From: a virus
Taxonomy: Duplodnaviria > Heunggongvirae > Uroviricota > Caudoviricetes
Virus record (IMG/VR): IMGVR_UViG_2671180458_000003
Reading direction: 5' to 3' (one strand)
Length of the DNA: 12,239 bases
The number at the start of each line of letters is the position of its first letter. The first letter of the stretch is position 1. The notes beneath the pieces are model-generated. The model was not told where the DNA came from and did not search any database. It saw only the letters and a program-made list of their open reading frames with translations. Made by a program: the position numbers and the translations under genes. This document shows positions 9,364 to 12,239 of this stretch, in pieces.

Positions 9364-9914
9364 CCCTCACTCCGCATCAGCGCGCCCTGTTGCAGTTGCT
9401 GCCTGACGGACTGGCCTGGGACAAGCGGCCGTCATCCGTACTGGCTGCGTTATGCCTTGGCCTCAGCCATTCCACCGAACGTGTTGCATGGACGGGAAAA
9501 CAGCTGCTGGCAGAACGTTTCCCTGACAGTTCCCGTCTGCTTCTGGAAGACTGGGAGCGTTATCTCGGCCTTCCCGAGTGTGATATGGCCGGAGCCACCA
9601 TCACAGAACGACAGCGTTATGCCGGGAATAAATACCGGATGAAGCCTTCGCTGAACCGTGAATTTTATATCAGGTTTGCGGCAGAGTTTGGTTATGAAAT
9701 AGATATTCAGCCATCACCGGATTCACAGTGGGTCAGTATTGTCACGATAAACAGTGAAACCGGCTACCGGAATATGAATGTGCTGGATGATATTCTCACG
9801 CCGCTGCGTATTTATGAGGGTGGTGCGCTGGAATGTATTCTGAACCGTTATAAGCCTGCATGGCAGACGTTTATTTACGTGTATGCAAACAGTCACGAAG
9901 AGGAGAATATTTAA
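9354..9914 (+). CDS. tail/baseplate protein, Mu gp48 / P2 gpI-like (DUF2313, YmfQ-type)
   Basis: 186-aa ORF overlapping the J-like stop. Motifs LLPDGLAW and [10 protein letters not shown] match what I remember of the YmfQ/gp48 family. Lies immediately before the tail fibre gene. Confidence 0.65.
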   Translation: MAVTLTPHQRALLQLLPDGLAWDKRPSSVLAALCLGLSHSTERVAWTGKQLLAERFPDSSRLLLEDWERYLGLPECDMAGATITERQRYAGNKYRMKPSLNREFYIRFAAEFGYEIDIQPSPDSQWVSIVTINSETGYRNMNVLDDILTPLRIYEGGALECILNRYKPAWQTFIYVYANSHEEENI

Positions 9915-10825
9915 TGTTCCATGTTGATAATAATTCCGGCGTGGCGAATATGCCTGAACTGGCTCCGGCGCAGAGTAATACCACCACCTGGTTTACCGAG
10001 GGGGACGGACAGAAAGGTATCAGCTGGATTGGTCAGGACTGGCTGAATATTCTCCAGGCCGAACTGCTGAATATTCTGGCTGAAGCCAGTATTCAGCCGG
10101 ATAAGGCGCAGTTAAACCAGCTTACGCTGTCCATTAAAGCCATTATCGCTGCGAATGCTTTTTCCCGGAAAAATAACCTGAAAGAAATTGCTGATGCCGG
10201 TGCGGATGCTCAGCGTCTGGCCCGTGGTTATCTTGGTCTGGGGACGCTTGCCACAAAAAACAGTCTTGGTCCCGGTGACGTTAATGCCCTGGCGAAGGTT
10301 CAGAATCTCGCCGACCTGGAGAATAAGGGAACCGCCCGTAATAATCTGGATGTTTACAGCAAGAGCGAAGGTGATAACCGTTACCTGCGCAGGGAGCAGC
10401 ACGGCGCAGACATTCCGAATAAAGGGGCTTTTATCGATAACCTCGGTTTACGGGAAACGGTAAACAGGGCTGCAAATGCCCTGCCATCGAATGGTACAGC
10501 CGTAGCGGCAAACAAGCTGTCTGCGGCACGTAAAATTAATGGTGTTGCGTTCGATGGCACAAAAGACATCACTATTACATCCGGTATGACCCAGGCTACA
10601 GCAGACGGCAGATATGTTCGTAATGTGCAACTTGGTGCTCAGAGCCGCCACTCTCCTGCGGGTAATGAAGTCACCTGGGATTATAAAACACCAGCAGGTT
10701 GTATGCTTTCCGGTATTCATGTACAGGATACCGGCTCCCGGTCTGCGGATAATATCGGTGGGGTCTATTATCGCCCGGTTCAGATTTATATTAATAATGT
10801 CTGGAGAACGGTGAGTTCAGTGTAA
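9914..10825 (+). CDS. tail fibre protein: constant N-terminal part (9914-10443) fused to the currently expressed variable C-terminal cassette (10444-10825)
   Basis: 303 aa from ATG 9914 (AGGAG 8 nt upstream, TAATG overlap with the previous stop); the track ORF 9860 is a spurious upstream extension. The N-terminus [15 protein letters not shown] is of the Mu S / e14 tail-fibre type as I remember it. The gene is interrupted internally by a gix-like crossover site at 10431-10456. Confidence 0.8.
   Translation: MFHVDNNSGVANMPELAPAQSNTTTWFTEGDGQKGISWIGQDWLNILQAELLNILAEASIQPDKAQLNQLTLSIKAIIAANAFSRKNNLKEIADAGADAQRLARGYLGLGTLATKNSLGPGDVNALAKVQNLADLENKGTARNNLDVYSKSEGDNRYLRREQHGADIPNKGAFIDNLGLRETVNRAANALPSNGTAVAANKLSAARKINGVAFDGTKDITITSGMTQATADGRYVRNVQLGAQSRHSPAGNEVTWDYKTPAGCMLSGIHVQDTGSRSADNIGGVYYRPVQIYINNVWRTVSSV
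10431..10456. other. gix/pix/hix-like 26-bp invertase crossover site (left)
   Basis: TTATCGATAACCTCGGTTTACGGGAA. Its reverse complement TTCCCGTAAACCGAGGTTATCGATAA closely resembles Mu gixL as I recall it (TTCCTGTAAACCGAGGTTTTGGATAA), with a central GA dinucleotide at 10443-10444. Lies inside the tail-fibre ORF at the constant/variable junction. Confidence 0.7.
10441..10560. repeat. left inverted repeat of the invertible segment (pairs with 11590-11709)
   Basis: Hand alignment of the reverse complement of 10441-10560 against 11590-11709 gives 96/120 identities, rising to about 90% or more in the ~50 bp next to the crossover site. Both copies encode nearly identical peptide (NLGLR[E/D][18 protein letters not shown]...INGVAFDGT). 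Confidence 0.75.
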
Positions 10826-10835
10826 ACCACAGAAA

Positions 10836-10854
10836 AGGGTGCTGAATGCACCCT
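10836..10854. terminator. hairpin between convergent genes (candidate bidirectional intrinsic terminator)
   Basis: AGGGTGC-TGAAT-GCACCCT, a 7-bp perfect stem with 5-nt loop, 10 nt after the fibre stop and 5 nt before the minus-strand assembly-gene stop. T-rich flank on the minus-strand side (TTTCTGTGGT). Confidence 0.4.
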
Positions 10855-10859
10855 CTGAA

Positions 10860-11256
10860 TTATTCCGGTTTTTCCGGCCAGGAAATCGCCTGGTAATGCC
10901 TCTCGCTGGCAATATCATTAAGGTGCATTTCTTTAAGCTGTCGGATATACGCCATCCAGCGCGTCAGCTTTAATTTATTTTCATCGCTAATCATGTCCAG
11001 TTTTAATTCTGTTTTCCAGTCATCCACGGTTCCGTTGGCCTCCTGGAGCAGCGATGAACGGCGATTTTCAGCAACCGTATTCCAGTTTACCGGCACCTTT
11101 GATATCAGGCCATCAGAAAACTGCCAGTTACCGTCAATATTCACACCTTCCGGCAGTTCGTCCACTTCAACAACAGTAAAACCTGCCGGATATAAAGCAG
11201 AGACATCTTCAGCAACAGAGCAGATAATGCCCGTTACAGGCGAAATACAGAGTTTG
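10860..11256 (-). CDS. tail fibre assembly protein (Tfa / Mu U-like), N-terminus lost in the N-gap
   Basis: 132 visible codons ending at stop 10860-10862. Carries Tfa-type motifs (GIICSVAEDVSALYPAGFTVVEV, MISDENKLKLTRWMAYIRQ, C-terminal WPEKPE). The reading frame runs into the N run at 11257. Confidence 0.7.
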
Positions 11257-11410
11257 NNNNNNNNNNNNNNNNNNNNNNNNNNNNNNNNNNNNNNNNNNNN
11301 NNNNNNNNNNNNNNNNNNNNNNNNNNNNNNNNNNNNNNNNNNNNNNNNNNNNNNNNNNNNNNNNNNNNNNNNNNNNNNNNNNNNNNNNNNNNNNNNNNNN
11401 NNNNNNNNNN
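11257..11410. other. run of 154 N (assembly gap or masked sequence)
   Basis: Literal n characters in the sequence. It lies inside the invertible segment and hides the junction between the alternative fibre cassette and the assembly-gene 5' end. Confidence 0.95.
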
Positions 11411-11705
11411 CACCACCACGCATTTCCCAGTCTCCGTCAGTCTTAAAACCGGTAATCACATTTCCTGATGACAGGGAGTAATTATATTCCAGTCCACCGC
11501 TTAATGCCTGCGCTCCCAGTCTTACCCCTGTAACATAACGCTGATTGGCCGTTGATTCCGGCATTCCTGACGTAATGTTTATATCCTGCGTGCCGTCAAA
11601 GGCGACACCATTGATTCTGCGGGCATTTGCCAGCCTGCTTGCTGCAACAGCCGTACCGTTTGATGGCAGGGCATTCGCGGCCCTGTTTACCGTATCCCGT
11701 AAACC
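11411..11705 (-). CDS. promoterless alternative tail-fibre C-terminal cassette (Sv'), 3' end lost in the N-gap
   Basis: Minus-strand frame is open from the right crossover site (codons [24 protein letters not shown]...) through ...QRYVTGVRLGAQALSGGLEYNYSLSSGNVITGFKTDGDWEMRGG into the gap. The first ~38 aa are near-identical to the plus-strand fibre after its crossover site, then the sequence diverges. No start codon or SD of its own at the 5' end; the track's Met at 11564 is internal. Confidence 0.7.
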
Positions 11706-11709
11706 GAGG
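11590..11709. repeat. right inverted repeat of the invertible segment (pairs with 10441-10560)
   Basis: See left repeat: about 80% identity over 120 bp by hand alignment. It gives rise to a mirror-image spurious ORF (11545-11760 +). Confidence 0.75.
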
Positions 11710-11719
11710 TTTCAGGGAT
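11694..11719. other. gix/pix/hix-like 26-bp invertase crossover site (right)
   Basis: ATCCCGTAAACCGAGGTTTCAGGGAT. It shares the inner half-site and core (TCCCGTAAACCGAGGTT) with the left site in inverted orientation; the outer half-site differs. Central GA at 11706-11707. Lies 55 bp upstream of the invertase ATG. Confidence 0.7.
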
Positions 11720-11773
11720 GCCGTATATCTGCTTTAAAAGGCATTTTCACCTCTTTTTAAGGAAGGTAAATAC

Positions 11774-12216
11774 ATGCTTATTGGCTATATACGCGTATCA
11801 ACAAATGATCAGAACACAGGTTACAAAGAAATGCGCTGGAATGTGCAGGATGTGAGCTGATTTTTGAAGATAAAATGAGCGGAAAAACAACGCAGCGGCC
11901 GGGACTGAAGCGGGCACTGAAGAAACTAAAACCCGGTGACACGCTGATGGTCTGGAAACTGGACAGGCTGGGGCGCAGTATGCGCCACCTTGTTGCGCTG
12001 ACAGATGAATTACAGCAACAGGGGATAAATTTTCGTAGTCTTACTGACAACATTGATACGTCAACCCCCATGGGGCGCTTCTTTTTTCACATAATGGGTG
12101 CGCTGGCAGAAATGGAGCGTGAATTGATTGTCGAACGGACACGGGCTGGTCTTGCAGCTGCCCGTGAAAGGGGACGAACCGGCGGCAGACCCCGTCGTCT
12201 CACGCAGGAACAATAG
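11774..12216 (+). pseudogene. Gin/Pin/Cin/Hin-family serine DNA invertase, reading frame disrupted (frameshift near 11817-11821; ORF also ends early at 12216)
   Basis: ATG 11774 with AGGAAGG SD gives MLIGYIRVSTNDQNT, the invertase N-terminus with catalytic Ser at position 9, then runs out of frame to a TGA at 11858-11860. The frame one nucleotide back continues LQRNALECAGCELIFEDKMSGKTTQRPGLKRALK...GRFFFHIMGALAEMERELIVERTRAGLAAARERG, collinear with Gin/Hin as I remember them. That frame stops at 12214-12216 (TAG-TAA), about 40 codons short of a typical invertase and before the C-terminal HTH. Confidence 0.65.
11866..11932. promoter_or_regulatory. putative Fis-dependent recombinational enhancer inside the 5' part of the invertase gene
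   Basis: Two Fis-like 15-mers (G-N13-C with an AT-rich centre): GAAGATAAAATGAGC at 11866-11880 and GAAGAAACTAAAACC at 11918-11932, centres about 52 bp apart. Gin/Hin enhancers are known to lie within the first ~150 bp of the invertase gene. Pattern match only. Confidence 0.25.
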
Positions 12217-12239
12217 TAAGCGTAAACTGACCGCCGTAT

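Larger units (their letters stand above)
10444..11706. mobile_element. invertible tail-fibre host-range segment (Mu G / P1 C / e14 P-segment type)
   Basis: Bounded by two gix-like sites in inverted orientation. Contains the 3' variable part of the fibre gene (+), a convergent terminator hairpin, a tail-fibre assembly gene (-) and a promoterless alternative fibre 3' cassette (-). Inversion at the central GA would fuse the constant part in-frame to the alternative cassette (frame checked by hand). Confidence 0.7.

Noticed and set aside
9860-9913. Upstream ATG (9860) as the tail-fibre start
   Set aside because: ATG 9914 has a canonical AGGAG 8 nt upstream and a TAATG stop-start overlap with the preceding gene. 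The 9860 extension lies wholly inside the gp48-like gene with no SD.
10381-10572. 63-aa minus-strand ORF and its twin 71-aa plus-strand ORF at 11545-11760, sharing ...[33 protein letters not shown]
   Set aside because: They are antisense read-outs of the two inverted-repeat copies; their similarity is what revealed the repeat. The real coding frames are the fibre frames on the opposite strands.
10590-11560. Shared R-Y-V-x-x-V-x-L-G-A-Q peptide motif in both fibre tips as a second recombination site
   Set aside because: The similarity is at protein level only; the DNA differs at most codons (hand check), so it is a conserved structural motif of the fibre tip, not a crossover site.
10860-11564. 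Track ORF of 234 aa on the minus strand, taken as a single protein
   Set aside because: It spans the 154-N gap and artificially fuses the alternative fibre cassette to the assembly gene. The Met at 11564 is internal to the fibre frame, which is open upstream to the crossover site at 11705.
1-12239. CRISPR arrays, tRNA or rRNA genes, integrase or att sites
   Set aside because: No spaced direct repeats, no cloverleaf-like or rRNA-like segments, and no tyrosine integrase ORF were seen by eye. The only recombinase is the serine invertase.

Overview
The window is almost entirely one co-directional, tightly packed (overlapping start/stop codons) contractile-tail morphogenesis operon of a Mu-like prophage from a high-GC enterobacterial-type genome. 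Gene order on the + strand is sheath, tube, tail chaperone (with a candidate frameshift extension), tape measure, DNA-circulation protein, baseplate hub, spike, gp46-like, baseplate J-like, gp48-like and tail fibre, matching the Mu L-M-Y-N-P-Q-V-W-R-S order. The 3' end carries a Mu G-segment-like invertible tail-fibre cassette of about 1.26 kb: the tail-fibre gene is split by a gix-like crossover site, with an alternative promoterless fibre tip and a tail-fibre assembly gene on the opposite strand, followed by a Gin/Pin/Hin-family serine invertase gene. The most notable observations are that the invertase reading frame is broken by an apparent 1-nt deletion just after the catalytic-serine region, that the cassette appears to hold only one assembly-chaperone gene, and that a 154-nt run of N (11257-11410) sits inside the cassette. 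No tRNA, rRNA or CRISPR array was seen. All functional calls rest on ORF size, synteny, translated motifs and hand alignment; no database search was run.
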